IMG/VR virus record: IMGVR_UViG_3300028549_001682
Source: a virus
Reading direction: 5' to 3' (one strand)
Length of the DNA stretch: 36,910 nucleotides
Of the stretch, positions 1 through 8,616 are shown piece by piece. Within the stretch, counting starts at the first letter, position 1. Each line of letters opens with the position of its first letter. A program made the translations under genes and the position numbers. A model generated the notes under the pieces. It was not told the DNA's origin. It did no database searches and was given only the letters and a program-made list of their open reading frames with translations.

Positions 1-245
1 TTAAAATAACAAAAAATGGAGGAAATGTTATAAGCTTTGTATCTACAACCGATGCAACAACACACAAAATTTATATAAACAGGCAAACTGGAACTTTCAT
101 CTACAAGATAACCAAAAAAGACAATGTTACATATGCACAAATACTAAATTTACCTCCTTACGATAATCGTTCCGATAGTTACAGATTAACTGCTGCTGGG
201 TATACAATGACGGCAGACTTTGAATTTAAACAAGTTACTACACAA
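1..245. repeat. Terminal direct repeat, copy 1 (identical to 36666..36910)
   Basis: Read base by base, 1..245 is the same string as 36666..36910. This implies a unit genome of 36,665 bp. Confidence 0.95.
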
Positions 246-884
246 ATAGGCCCAAATACTATAACACTGCCTGTAACTAGCACATTAGCGCTTGGACATT
301 CTTATCAAATATCAAACAAGGGAGGAGGAAAATTAACGATTAATAGTTCAGGATCTAATCGTGTTGGGTATGTCGAAATTGGCCAGACAATTGAAGTTAT
401 GTGCATATTGACATCTGGGACGACAGCAGCAAGCTGGCAATTATTGCCTGGCTTCCCAAATACTGTATCCGATACCATCTATTTTAATGAGCCGCTTAGT
501 TTCAAGCTAAATATGACTGCTGGTATATTATACACAGCCGTAGTTGCTACACCAGTTTCACCTTACGTTGCTGCATCTGGTGTATTTACCGCCCCTGCGG
601 ATGGTGTTTATTCATTTAATGCTATATTAGCTTTTACATCTGTTGAAATTGCTGCTACAAATCTCTATATGGCATTTGTCCATAGCACAGCTGGCAGTTT
701 TGAAAAGGATATTGATCCTAGGATATTTGCTGCATCGCCTGCAAGATATTCAATGTCATTAAGTTGGACGGTTAAAATGGCAGCAGCAGAAACTATGTCT
801 TTAAAATACAGGATTACCGGCGGTGCTTCAACTACAGATTTGAGCGGAACATTCAGTACATTCAGTGGGTGTAGGGTTATTTAA
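1..884 (+). CDS. Tail fibre protein, 3' part of the junction-spanning gene (codon phase starts at 3), with a C1q/TNF-like C-terminal head
   Basis: The frame of track ORF 207..884 is open back to base 3 and continues the ORF that starts at 36404. C-terminal motifs are GVFTAPADGVYSFNAILAF and STFSGCRVI. Confidence 0.8.
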   Translation, partial: KITKNGGNVISFVSTTDATTHKIYINRQTGTFIYKITKKDNVTYAQILNLPPYDNRSDSYRLTAAGYTMTADFEFKQVTTQIGPNTITLPVTSTLALGHSYQISNKGGGKLTINSSGSNRVGYVEIGQTIEVMCILTSGTTAASWQLLPGFPNTVSDTIYFNEPLSFKLNMTAGILYTAVVATPVSPYVAASGVFTAPADGVYSFNAILAFTSVEIAATNLYMAFVHSTAGSFEKDIDPRIFAASPARYSMSLSWTVKMAAAETMSLKYRITGGASTTDLSGTFSTFSGCRVI

Positions 885-893
885 AAACAAAAC

Positions 894-1328
894 ATGGCAG
901 CTACATTCCTTGATTCAAAAATATGCAGATATATCAGGCCAGATTCTGTAACAAATTCTTTAGCCGAACTCTATGAATATTATATAGTCTGGCTAGGTGT
1001 TGATGGAGGGGTATATTGTTGGCTTTTTGAGGATTTTACACAAGATCAGAAAATTGATGGGGATATAATAAATCAAAAAACTGATAATATATCCAAGATT
1101 TTCAAAAGTTCACAAAAAACTATTTCTGTAATTGCTGAAAATTTGACTGAAAATGAGTTTGACGTTATTTCAGATATAACAAGGGCATTGGTAATATATA
1201 GATATTTTAAGGATGGAACCAGGCAAAAAATATCTATCTTGACAGATTCGATTGAAAAACCTAAATCACAGTTCCGGTATAATTTGCAGCTTGAATTTAT
1301 GGAGCAGGAAAATAGATTAATGAAATGA
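894..1328 (+). CDS. Hypothetical protein (virion module)
   Basis: 144-aa ORF with an ATG start, packed tightly between neighbours, with an ATGA overlap to the next ORF. Confidence 0.6.
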   Translation: MAATFLDSKICRYIRPDSVTNSLAELYEYYIVWLGVDGGVYCWLFEDFTQDQKIDGDIINQKTDNISKIFKSSQKTISVIAENLTENEFDVISDITRALVIYRYFKDGTRQKISILTDSIEKPKSQFRYNLQLEFMEQENRLMK

Positions 1329-1552
1329 ACGGATTCAAAGAGAAAATAATACTTGATGTTTTTGAATTTCTTGAAACAAAAGAATTGAAGTATGCTAATT
1401 TTGCAAAAGAAAATCTCACTGAATTGGCTAAATATTATCACATCAAGATAACAAAGCAAGCACCAATTAATTTGAAAGAAGCTTTTAAACTGTTTGTAAA
1501 AAATGGATCTGGCTATCAGGTAACAATACCTAAATTATATAATTCATTATAA
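1325..1552 (+). CDS. Hypothetical protein
   Basis: 75-aa ORF whose ATG overlaps the upstream stop (ATGA). Confidence 0.5.
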   Translation: MNGFKEKIILDVFEFLETKELKYANFAKENLTELAKYYHIKITKQAPINLKEAFKLFVKNGSGYQVTIPKLYNSL

Positions 1553-1561
1553 TTCTGATAT

Positions 1562-3286
1562 ATGGCAATATTGAAAATAGACAATTATGAAGTTTCTCTT
1601 GGAAATAACAATTTGGTATTTTCAAAATCAGCATATTCATTTCAAGATTGGATAACAAAGGATATTCCCTACTCCGAAAGGATAACTTTGCCAGAAACTT
1701 CTTTGCTCAATACTATCTTTTTTAGACCGTACAGTCCAGAAATAACAGGCCAGAAATTCTCTCGAAACCACACTTTCAAGTATCTTGACAATAGTAAAAT
1801 AGTCAATTCTGGAATAGCAAGGCTATTGTCTTTTAATGACAATAATGAATATGAAGTTCAATTGATTGATTCAAGTTTCAATTTATTTTCAAATATTGAT
1901 GGTATTTTGTCAGATTTGGATTTTGAAAGCTCAGATTTTACATATAATTCTGGTTCATATGCTGATAAGAGAGTACTAAATTCAAGCGTTTGGATATGGT
2001 CTGCAAGCTCCATGCACACCGATAAAATACTTGCAAAAAATATATTGAGCGGTAATTTGGCATTTTCACGGCCTTTTTTGTCCGCAAAAAGGTTAATAGA
2101 AAAAATGTTTTCTGACAATGGATGGACATATACGCTTGATGATAATTCAAGTTTGTTTGACAAAATTATCATATCTGCAAAAAGCAATTTTGTTTTTACT
2201 TCATATGAAAAAAAATTTAATGCTACAATTTATGCAAGCGATCTAAATTTGTCGATTCCTGTTTTTTTGAAAACTGATACCTTAACAGGAACCACAGTTT
2301 TGAATTTGACATATAATTCAACATTTAGGTTTCGGGGCTATATTGATGCTACCGAAAATATGGTAATTACAATTACAGCAACGGGACCAAACCCTCAAGT
2401 GCAAAATTTACAAATCAACAAAGGATTGTTCTATTATGATTTGACAAGCAATGAGTTTCAAGCGGGATCTGCTGTTACTTTCGCTTTGTCTGGGGTTAGC
2501 TCTATTGAACTTATAGATTTTATATTGTACACAATCATAAACGAAAATGATTTCGGTGCAATGTCCGGGGCTATATTTACAGATTTTAAGGTAAAAACTT
2601 ACGATAATTTGCCAGAAATTACGCAAAAAGAATTATTCAAACATTGTCTTGTGAAAATTGGAGGGTTTTTTACAAGTGATAATTTTAGCAAAAAAATAAT
2701 TATTTCTTCATTGAAGTCATTGAACAAATTGAATGTAGTTGATTTTTCAGCAAAATATATATATAATAGCGATAATGTCTCAATGCTTGAATATTATGGC
2801 AAAAATAATTATTTCAATTATAACAATAATTCTGAAAAAAGCACGAATTTAGGTAAAGGACTATTTACAATTGACAATGAGGTTCTTGAAAATGTAAAGG
2901 ATATTTATAGCTCAATATTTGAAGCATCCAGCGAGGTTGTAATAACAAATTCTATGATCGACAATTCTATCTATGATGATACAGAAAGGATTCTTGACAC
3001 TAATGTACTTATTGCTTATTATGAAGTTATCGGTGCTTATACAGTTGCTAGGTTTGATTTGTTAAATGGCAACAATATATTATTGTCCTATTATGAAAAT
3101 TTTATAAAAGCTATACAAAGAGGTGAAATCTTTGAATCAAAATTTAATCTCAATAAATCTGATTATTTCAATTTTGATTTTACAAAGCTTATCTATATTA
3201 GTTCTAAAAAATCAATATTCTACTGCTTAGGAATTTCAGACTATTCAGAAAACGAAATGTGTACTATTCAATTATTAAAATTTTAG
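1562..3286 (+). CDS. Hypothetical large virion/tail protein
   Basis: 574-aa ORF in the late operon immediately upstream of the tape-measure gene. I recognised no family motif. Confidence 0.7.
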   Translation: MAILKIDNYEVSLGNNNLVFSKSAYSFQDWITKDIPYSERITLPETSLLNTIFFRPYSPEITGQKFSRNHTFKYLDNSKIVNSGIARLLSFNDNNEYEVQLIDSSFNLFSNIDGILSDLDFESSDFTYNSGSYADKRVLNSSVWIWSASSMHTDKILAKNILSGNLAFSRPFLSAKRLIEKMFSDNGWTYTLDDNSSLFDKIIISAKSNFVFTSYEKKFNATIYASDLNLSIPVFLKTDTLTGTTVLNLTYNSTFRFRGYIDATENMVITITATGPNPQVQNLQINKGLFYYDLTSNEFQAGSAVTFALSGVSSIELIDFILYTIINENDFGAMSGAIFTDFKVKTYDNLPEITQKELFKHCLVKIGGFFTSDNFSKKIIISSLKSLNKLNVVDFSAKYIYNSDNVSMLEYYGKNNYFNYNNNSEKSTNLGKGLFTIDNEVLENVKDIYSSIFEASSEVVITNSMIDNSIYDDTERILDTNVLIAYYEVIGAYTVARFDLLNGNNILLSYYENFIKAIQRGEIFESKFNLNKSDYFNFDFTKLIYISSKKSIFYCLGISDYSENEMCTIQLLKF

Positions 3287-3289
3287 GCT

Positions 3290-6200
3290 ATGGCAGACGA
3301 GCAAATTATTGTAGATATACGGGTAACTAAAGATGATATTGTCAATGCCAAAAATGAAATGGATAGGCTTACAATGTCAATTGACAATTTATCAAGCGAA
3401 ATAAAGGATGCGAGAGATAAGAATAAAGAATTGAACAAATCATTGAAAGAAGGCAAAATCTCAACTGAAGAATATAACAAAGCAGTTACAAAAAATAATG
3501 TTGAAATTGCACAATCATCAAATGAACTCAGAAAATTAAAGAATGAAAGGAACGCAAATATTAACGTTCTACAAAATGAGAAAAGTGCTTACGATGCTCT
3601 CTCATCAAAATTGAACCTAGCACGAAAAGAAGCAAAAGATTTGGGTGCTCAATTTGGCATTACTTCGTCTGAATTTAAGAATGCAGCAAAAACAGTCAAT
3701 CTTCTCGATAATGAACTCAAACAAATTGATGGTGCATTAGGACAACATCAGCGAAATGTCGGAAATTACGGATCTGTTTGGCAAGGTGTAGGAACCGATT
3801 TGAAAAACCTATTCCTTGGCGGTGGAATTGTTTTCGCAATCCAAAAGGGTATCGGCATACTTACAGATTTTGGCAAAGAATCTATACAGGCTGCAAGCGA
3901 TTCACAACAGGCATTTGCGAGAATAGAACAGGCAATAATAACAACGGGCGGGGCTGCTGGATATACAGCGGAACAGCTCAATGAAATGGCAGCTGGACTT
4001 CAAAAGATGACTATTTTTGAGGATGATCAGATTTTGACAGATGTTACATCTCAATTACTTACTTTCACAAATATAGCAGGGACACAATTTGAGCGTGCAC
4101 AAAAAGCGGCACTAGATATGTCAACTGTTTTAGGCAAAGATTTAAACGGTGCAATGGCGAAATTAGGACCGACTTCCATACAAATTGGAAAGGCTCTTAA
4201 TGATCCCATAAAAGGGATAACTGCACTTTCAAAAGCTGGTGTACAATTTTCAGAGGATCAAAAAGCTGTTATAAAATCATTAGTAGAGACTGGCAAGGTA
4301 GCCGAAGCACAAAACATGATACTTAACGAACTTGAAAAAGAATTTGGAGGACAGGCAAAAACAATGGCCGAATCTGGGTTGGGTCCAATCGAAAAACTTA
4401 AAAATAGCTGGGGGGACTTTAAAGAACTTATAGGAGGCGGATTAATCGGAATAATAAACCAGCTTGGAAAAATAGCAGGCGATGTTTTGGGTAAGGTTGT
4501 TGAATGGTTTCAAATTTCTTCAAAATATATAGTTGATTTCATCAATGGCTGGATTGGATTATATAACGAAAGTACTTCTTTTAGGTTGTTAATCGAAAGT
4601 ATATCTGTCACTTTTACAACACTTTATCAGACTGTTAAGCTTATAATGAATGGTTTTATTGATGTTTTCAAAGGGACTGGCAAAGTTTTGGCATATACTT
4701 TTAATCCTGCAAACTGGGGCGCTAATTTTGGCGAAGGTTTGAAAAAAATAATTCTCGAAAACAGCAAAGAAGTTATTACTGATGTCCTGGCTTATGGTTC
4801 AAATGTCGGTAATGCTTTCAATCAGGCTCTCGAAAATTCAAAGAATGGAAAAAAATCTTTGATTTCTCTGGATGATGTAAAAGCTGAAAATGTAAAAATA
4901 ATTGACGAAACAAAAAATTTTACTGATGAAATTACACAAATTAACTCCAACGCAGATTCCGAAAAAACAAAAAGAGCTGAAGAGGTTTCGAAAAAACTGA
5001 TTGAAATAAACAATAAAAAAAGACTTGCTGCTATACAAGATGAAACAATTTTAAAAGATGAAAAAATAAAAATTGAAGGAGAACTGTTGACTGCTCAACT
5101 ATTGTCACTTGAAGAGGGTTCAATAGAAAAAGAACTCTTGATTGCAGAATCCCAAGAACGGATCGCTGAAATAGAAAAAGAATACAACGAAAAACAGGAA
5201 AAGATTGCAGCCGAAAAGATGAAAAAAATAGAGGCGGCAAACGAAAAGATAGAAAAATTAAAAGACGATGCCGCAATAAAAGAAATCGAAAGACAAATAA
5301 AAGATGTTGAAAACTCAAAAGCTACAACAAAGGAAAAAAATGATAAAATTATTGAATTAGAACAACAAAAGAATGAAATATTGATTGCAATTGAGCTTGA
5401 AAAAGTCGCAAAAGCAAAAGAAAATAAATCATTAGAAGAGGCAGAGCTTCAAGCTATAATTACAGAATCGGAAATAAAGATTGCAGCCATTGAAGATGAG
5501 TTTGCGCTAAAGAAAAAAGAAAAAGAAGCAAAGGAAAAAGAGGAACAAATAATTGCACTACAAGAGGGTGTAGAAATAATTAGAAATCAATTATCACAAA
5601 TAAATGCAATAGTAGAGGAATTCGCAGGGGCACAAGCTGCAACTTTTGGAAAGGTAGCCGAATCAATGGTCGGGGCTTTTAAATCTGGAAAGATAACTGT
5701 AGAGAGCGCTATGAAAGCTTTGCAAGGTTCGTCTAATGCCATATTTGATGCTATAAGGGAAAGGGGTCAAGAAAACCTCGATGAAAATGAAATGCTCAGA
5801 CAAAAGGATCTTGAATTAGTTGGTGACAACAAAGAAGCTCAGGACAAAATAAATGTCTATTATGATGAAAGGGCAAAAGAAATGAAATTAAAGCAGTTCA
5901 AGATTGATAAAGCACAGGCTTTAGTTGAGATTGCAATTTCTACCGCCATGGCTGCCGTCAAAGCCCTTGCAAGTACATTCCCACCGTTATCATTTATTGC
6001 AGCTGGTTTGGCTGTTGCTTTCGGAGTTGCACAGGGCGCAATAGTTGCAGCCCAAAAGCCTCCTACTTTCGGAAAAGGAACATCTGATATTGTCAGTATT
6101 GGCGATTCTCATGCTTCTGGAAATGATGTTGATGTTTGGGGGTTTTCAGGTGGTAAAAGGCAATTTTTTGGAAAAGTTGAGCGAGGCGAGGCAATGCCAG

Positions 6201-6448
6201 TGATTAGAAAATCGGCCGCAAATGATTATCTTATCGCAAAAATGAACGGCCAATTTTCAGGACATAGCAAAACATTTGCAAATGGCACTCCTGATATTAC
6301 TCAATCGAATAATAATGCAGCAATAGGGCAAATGAACTCGGAACAATTGGCAAATGCTCTTAGCAAGGTTACTATTGTGGCAAAGATTGAAGATATAACA
6401 AAAGCTGCAAGCAAAAAAATACAGATAGTTGAAAATTCTAAATTTTAG
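3290..6448 (+). CDS. Tail tape measure-like protein
   Basis: 1052 aa. It has a TP901-type TMP core-like stretch (LLTFTNIAGTQFERAQKAALDMSTVLG...KGITALSKAGVQFSEDQKAVIKSL). It also has a long E/K-rich coiled coil and hydrophobic Gly/Ala segments. Confidence 0.85.
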   Translation: MADEQIIVDIRVTKDDIVNAKNEMDRLTMSIDNLSSEIKDARDKNKELNKSLKEGKISTEEYNKAVTKNNVEIAQSSNELRKLKNERNANINVLQNEKSAYDALSSKLNLARKEAKDLGAQFGITSSEFKNAAKTVNLLDNELKQIDGALGQHQRNVGNYGSVWQGVGTDLKNLFLGGGIVFAIQKGIGILTDFGKESIQAASDSQQAFARIEQAIITTGGAAGYTAEQLNEMAAGLQKMTIFEDDQILTDVTSQLLTFTNIAGTQFERAQKAALDMSTVLGKDLNGAMAKLGPTSIQIGKALNDPIKGITALSKAGVQFSEDQKAVIKSLVETGKVAEAQNMILNELEKEFGGQAKTMAESGLGPIEKLKNSWGDFKELIGGGLIGIINQLGKIAGDVLGKVVEWFQISSKYIVDFINGWIGLYNESTSFRLLIESISVTFTTLYQTVKLIMNGFIDVFKGTGKVLAYTFNPANWGANFGEGLKKIILENSKEVITDVLAYGSNVGNAFNQALENSKNGKKSLISLDDVKAENVKIIDETKNFTDEITQINSNADSEKTKRAEEVSKKLIEINNKKRLAAIQDETILKDEKIKIEGELLTAQLLSLEEGSIEKELLIAESQERIAEIEKEYNEKQEKIAAEKMKKIEAANEKIEKLKDDAAIKEIERQIKDVENSKATTKEKNDKIIELEQQKNEILIAIELEKVAKAKENKSLEEAELQAIITESEIKIAAIEDEFALKKKEKEAKEKEEQIIALQEGVEIIRNQLSQINAIVEEFAGAQAATFGKVAESMVGAFKSGKITVESAMKALQGSSNAIFDAIRERGQENLDENEMLRQKDLELVGDNKEAQDKINVYYDERAKEMKLKQFKIDKAQALVEIAISTAMAAVKALASTFPPLSFIAAGLAVAFGVAQGAIVAAQKPPTFGKGTSDIVSIGDSHASGNDVDVWGFSGGKRQFFGKVERGEAMPVIRKSAANDYLIAKMNGQFSGHSKTFANGTPDITQSNNNAAIGQMNSEQLANALSKVTIVAKIEDITKAASKKIQIVENSKF

Positions 6449-6633
6449 CACAAATATTTTTTTCTGTAATATTCCAAGTCCTCAGATTTGATCCGATATT
6501 CTGATCTCATTCCGTGCTTTACTTTTATTGCAGTAAGCTTTTCATTTTCTTTCCCAACCCCGTTTCGGACATAATTACGAATTGTCGCAGGCTCTACATT
6601 TATTATTTTTGATGCTTCTTTTATTGTGAGCAT
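6445..6633 (-). CDS. Small HTH DNA-binding protein (excisionase/AlpA-like, HTH_17-type)
   Basis: 62 aa. LTIKEASKIINVEPATIRNYVRNG fits the helix-turn-helix pattern of excisionase-family binders. Confidence 0.6.
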   Translation of the reverse strand: MLTIKEASKIINVEPATIRNYVRNGVGKENEKLTAIKVKHGMRSEYRIKSEDLEYYRKKYLC

Positions 6634-6797
6634 AATTCGTATTTTTTAAGTTTGTAATAATAAAATAATTGGTCTATAAGCCCATCGCAAGGCTTTTGTT
6701 TTGAAAAATAAACAATCATTTTCCTTGCATTTTCTAGTTGCATATAATCAATACAGCCTTCAATAGATGCTCTTATTTTTTCAAAATTTTCGTACAT
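6621..6797 (-). CDS. Possible small hypothetical protein (58 aa, below the track cutoff)
   Basis: Hand translation gives MYENFEKIRASIEGCIDYMQLENARKMIVYFSKQKPCDGLIDQLFYYYKLKKYELCSQ. Its 3' end overlaps the HTH gene start by 13 nt. Confidence 0.35.
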   Translation of the reverse strand: MYENFEKIRASIEGCIDYMQLENARKMIVYFSKQKPCDGLIDQLFYYYKLKKYELCSQ

Positions 6798-6905
6798 AAT
6801 TTATTTATTTGTAAACGTTTGTAATTGCATAAGTAAATATATCCGGTAACTGTTAATGTACTGGTTATTATTGTCTTATAAATTTTAGTGGCGAATATAC
6901 ACACG

Positions 6906-7127
6906 TTAGCCGTCATTATGAATGCGCTCAACTTCCTTAAATAATCTTGGCATGAAATCTCCAGACTTTTTAAAATTTGTACCCTCTTCAAACCACGCCA
7001 ATTCTTGTTCAGTTACTGGGAATATTAGATTAGCTCTTACAGTTAATTCAATAAATAACGAACGGCTAACATCAGCTATATTTAATTGCTGGTTATCTGC
7101 GATATTCAAGTTTTGTTCTTCGTTCAT
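6906..7127 (-). CDS. Small acidic hypothetical protein
   Basis: 73-aa ORF with an ATG start, net acidic, with an internal NLNIAD/QLNIAD repeat. Confidence 0.5.
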   Translation of the reverse strand: MNEEQNLNIADNQQLNIADVSRSLFIELTVRANLIFPVTEQELAWFEEGTNFKKSGDFMPRLFKEVERIHNDG

Positions 7128-7188
7128 ATATTTGTGTAATTTGACAGTTTAGTATTTCAAAATCAGCAACTAAACATAGCTGTAATCG

Positions 7189-7968
7189 TTAGTTGCAATA
7201 ACCAAACAATCCATTTACGATTGGATAATTGATTATTAAAATTTCGGTATTACGTTTTTTCATTGATTGACGTTCACCGATTGTAATTATTTCTAAGTTC
7301 CTTTGCTTTGCTGTTTCTAAAATAAAAGGGTGTGCAAATTCGCTCATAGCAGCTTTCATTCCCGAATTAAAAGTAACATCAAAGCAATCATTTACATCTT
7401 GCTCAGTCCATTTTTTTTGATACTTTTCAGTTTCAAAATATGGTGGGTCGGAATAAACAAAAGTTCTTTCTTTTACTTTTTCTTTGGTGAATGAAATTTT
7501 ATCAATAACATTTCTGAAATCTTCATTTAAAAACATATTGCCATTTTTAACCAAGTTCAAATATGTTTTTTCAATGTTGTCTAATAGTATTTGCTTTGAA
7601 TTTTCGCCATTTCTGAAATGTAATGAATTAGGTTTACCCATGTAACCGAAATTTGATATGACAAGAAAATAAACAGCTTTTTCAATATCATTTTCAGGTG
7701 TTCGGGTTTTACATTCGTCCCAAAAAGTAGGATGAATTGGTATCATTTCAACATAATTTTTTAACTGTTCTTTTTTTCTCATTAAAACAGTAAAGCAATT
7801 ATATACATTAATATCAATATCATTAAGAAAATTATACTTTGCTTTTGGCTTATTAAAAAACATTCCACCTGCACCAAAGAATAATTCAATATAAGTATTA
7901 TGAACAGGAAAGTATTTTACAATATCCTGAGCAATACGGCTTTTATTTCCTAATCGTCTTAATAACAT
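7189..7968 (-). CDS. DNA adenine methyltransferase, Dam/D12 class
   Basis: Motifs are RRLGNKSRIAQDI, FFGAGG (FxGxG SAM site) and a C-terminal SDPPY. The start is moved to the internal ATG at 7968 (MLLRRLGNKS); the track ORF extends to 8016. Confidence 0.85.
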   Translation of the reverse strand: MLLRRLGNKSRIAQDIVKYFPVHNTYIELFFGAGGMFFNKPKAKYNFLNDIDINVYNCFTVLMRKKEQLKNYVEMIPIHPTFWDECKTRTPENDIEKAVYFLVISNFGYMGKPNSLHFRNGENSKQILLDNIEKTYLNLVKNGNMFLNEDFRNVIDKISFTKEKVKERTFVYSDPPYFETEKYQKKWTEQDVNDCFDVTFNSGMKAAMSEFAHPFILETAKQRNLEIITIGERQSMKKRNTEILIINYPIVNGLFGYCN

Positions 7969-8132
7969 CTGATAAATGATTGAAAAAATGCAACTAACAT
8001 CACACATAGCGACCATGCCGGATCTTCGGTGGTGGTTGATACTTTTATGTTATTTAGTTTCATTTGTAGTTAATTTAAACATCTTTACTATTTAATTCCG
8101 GCACGGCGCATGTGTGTGTCCGTTATAAGCAA

Positions 8133-8465
8133 TCAGGACAAATCATGCGTAAACCAAAAACGCAACCACAAAAATCGAAATTCGATTAATAAATATTCAT
8201 TAGTTGCAATTGCATTATCAGTGGAAATCATAAATCCAACCCATTGAAATTTTTTAATAATCCCAATAAAAAATACGTTTTTACCTTTTTCGTAATATTT
8301 ATAATTGTTCTTCATTTTAAACCATTTAATTAATTTTTGAATCCAATTTTCTTTAATATTTTCTTTATCTTTTAAGCATTTTTCGCACTTGCATTCTTTT
8401 TTAGCACTTTCTCCACTTGCATATTGCAAATCGTGTAATTCAAATCTTGGAAATCCATTTTCCAT
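8133..8465 (-). CDS. Hypothetical protein
   Basis: 110-aa ORF with an ATG start and a Cys cluster (KKECKCEKC). Confidence 0.5.
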   Translation of the reverse strand: MENGFPRFELHDLQYASGESAKKECKCEKCLKDKENIKENWIQKLIKWFKMKNNYKYYEKGKNVFFIGIIKKFQWVGFMISTDNAIATNEYLLIEFRFLWLRFWFTHDLS

Positions 8466-8616
8466 ATAAGTAAAAATTAAAATTAATAATCTGCTTATAA
8501 CATTGTATATAAAACATGCCTATTCTGCTAATAACAAAAGTATTAAAACTACTTAACAGTTTTTCGATTTTGCCGAATCGTAAGGCACGTTTCTTATACA
8601 TATTCGTTATCAATAA

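Noticed and set aside
258-446. The shared fibre module as a template/variable repeat pair of a diversity-generating retroelement.
   Set aside because: No reverse transcriptase ORF exists anywhere in the genome. The two copies are only about 44% identical at protein level, and differences are spread over all nucleotide types rather than being adenine-specific.
882-896. Fibre A (ends at 884) and the next ORF (starts at 894) are also in the same frame, which could suggest another read-through.
   Set aside because: The downstream ORF has its own ATG 9 nt after a TAA stop and an unrelated, non-fibre-like sequence. Same-frame adjacency is expected by chance in one case out of three.
1073-2626. Minus-strand ORFs of 70-128 aa (1073..1459, 1858..2187, 1938..2150, 2408..2626).
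   Set aside because: All lie antisense to continuous plus-strand late genes. They have Phe/Ile/Leu/Ser/Lys-rich translations typical of antisense frames in AT-rich DNA.
3766-5318. Several 60-95-aa ORFs in alternative frames or antisense within the tape-measure gene (for example 3766..3981, 3778..3984, 4822..5038, 5031..5318).
   Set aside because: They are fully embedded in a 1052-aa ORF with clear TMP motifs. The antisense frames of the purine-rich GAA/AAA coiled-coil region are naturally stop-poor and give Phe/Leu/Ser-rich nonsense.
6773-6991. Track ORF of 72 aa on the minus strand.
   Set aside because: It overlaps the 73-aa ORF 6906..7127 and the better-formed 58-aa ORF 6621..6797. Its translation is low in complexity (Ile/Leu/Thr/Lys/Cys), so it is probably spurious.
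8122-8502. A 9-bp inverted repeat, GTTATAAGC (8122..8130) and GCTTATAAC (8494..8502), brackets ORF 8133..8465, as if it were a miniature mobile cassette.
   Set aside because: A 9-bp AT-rich match is not clearly beyond chance in a 36.7-kb AT-rich genome. There are no target-site duplications or transposase. It is kept only as a note.
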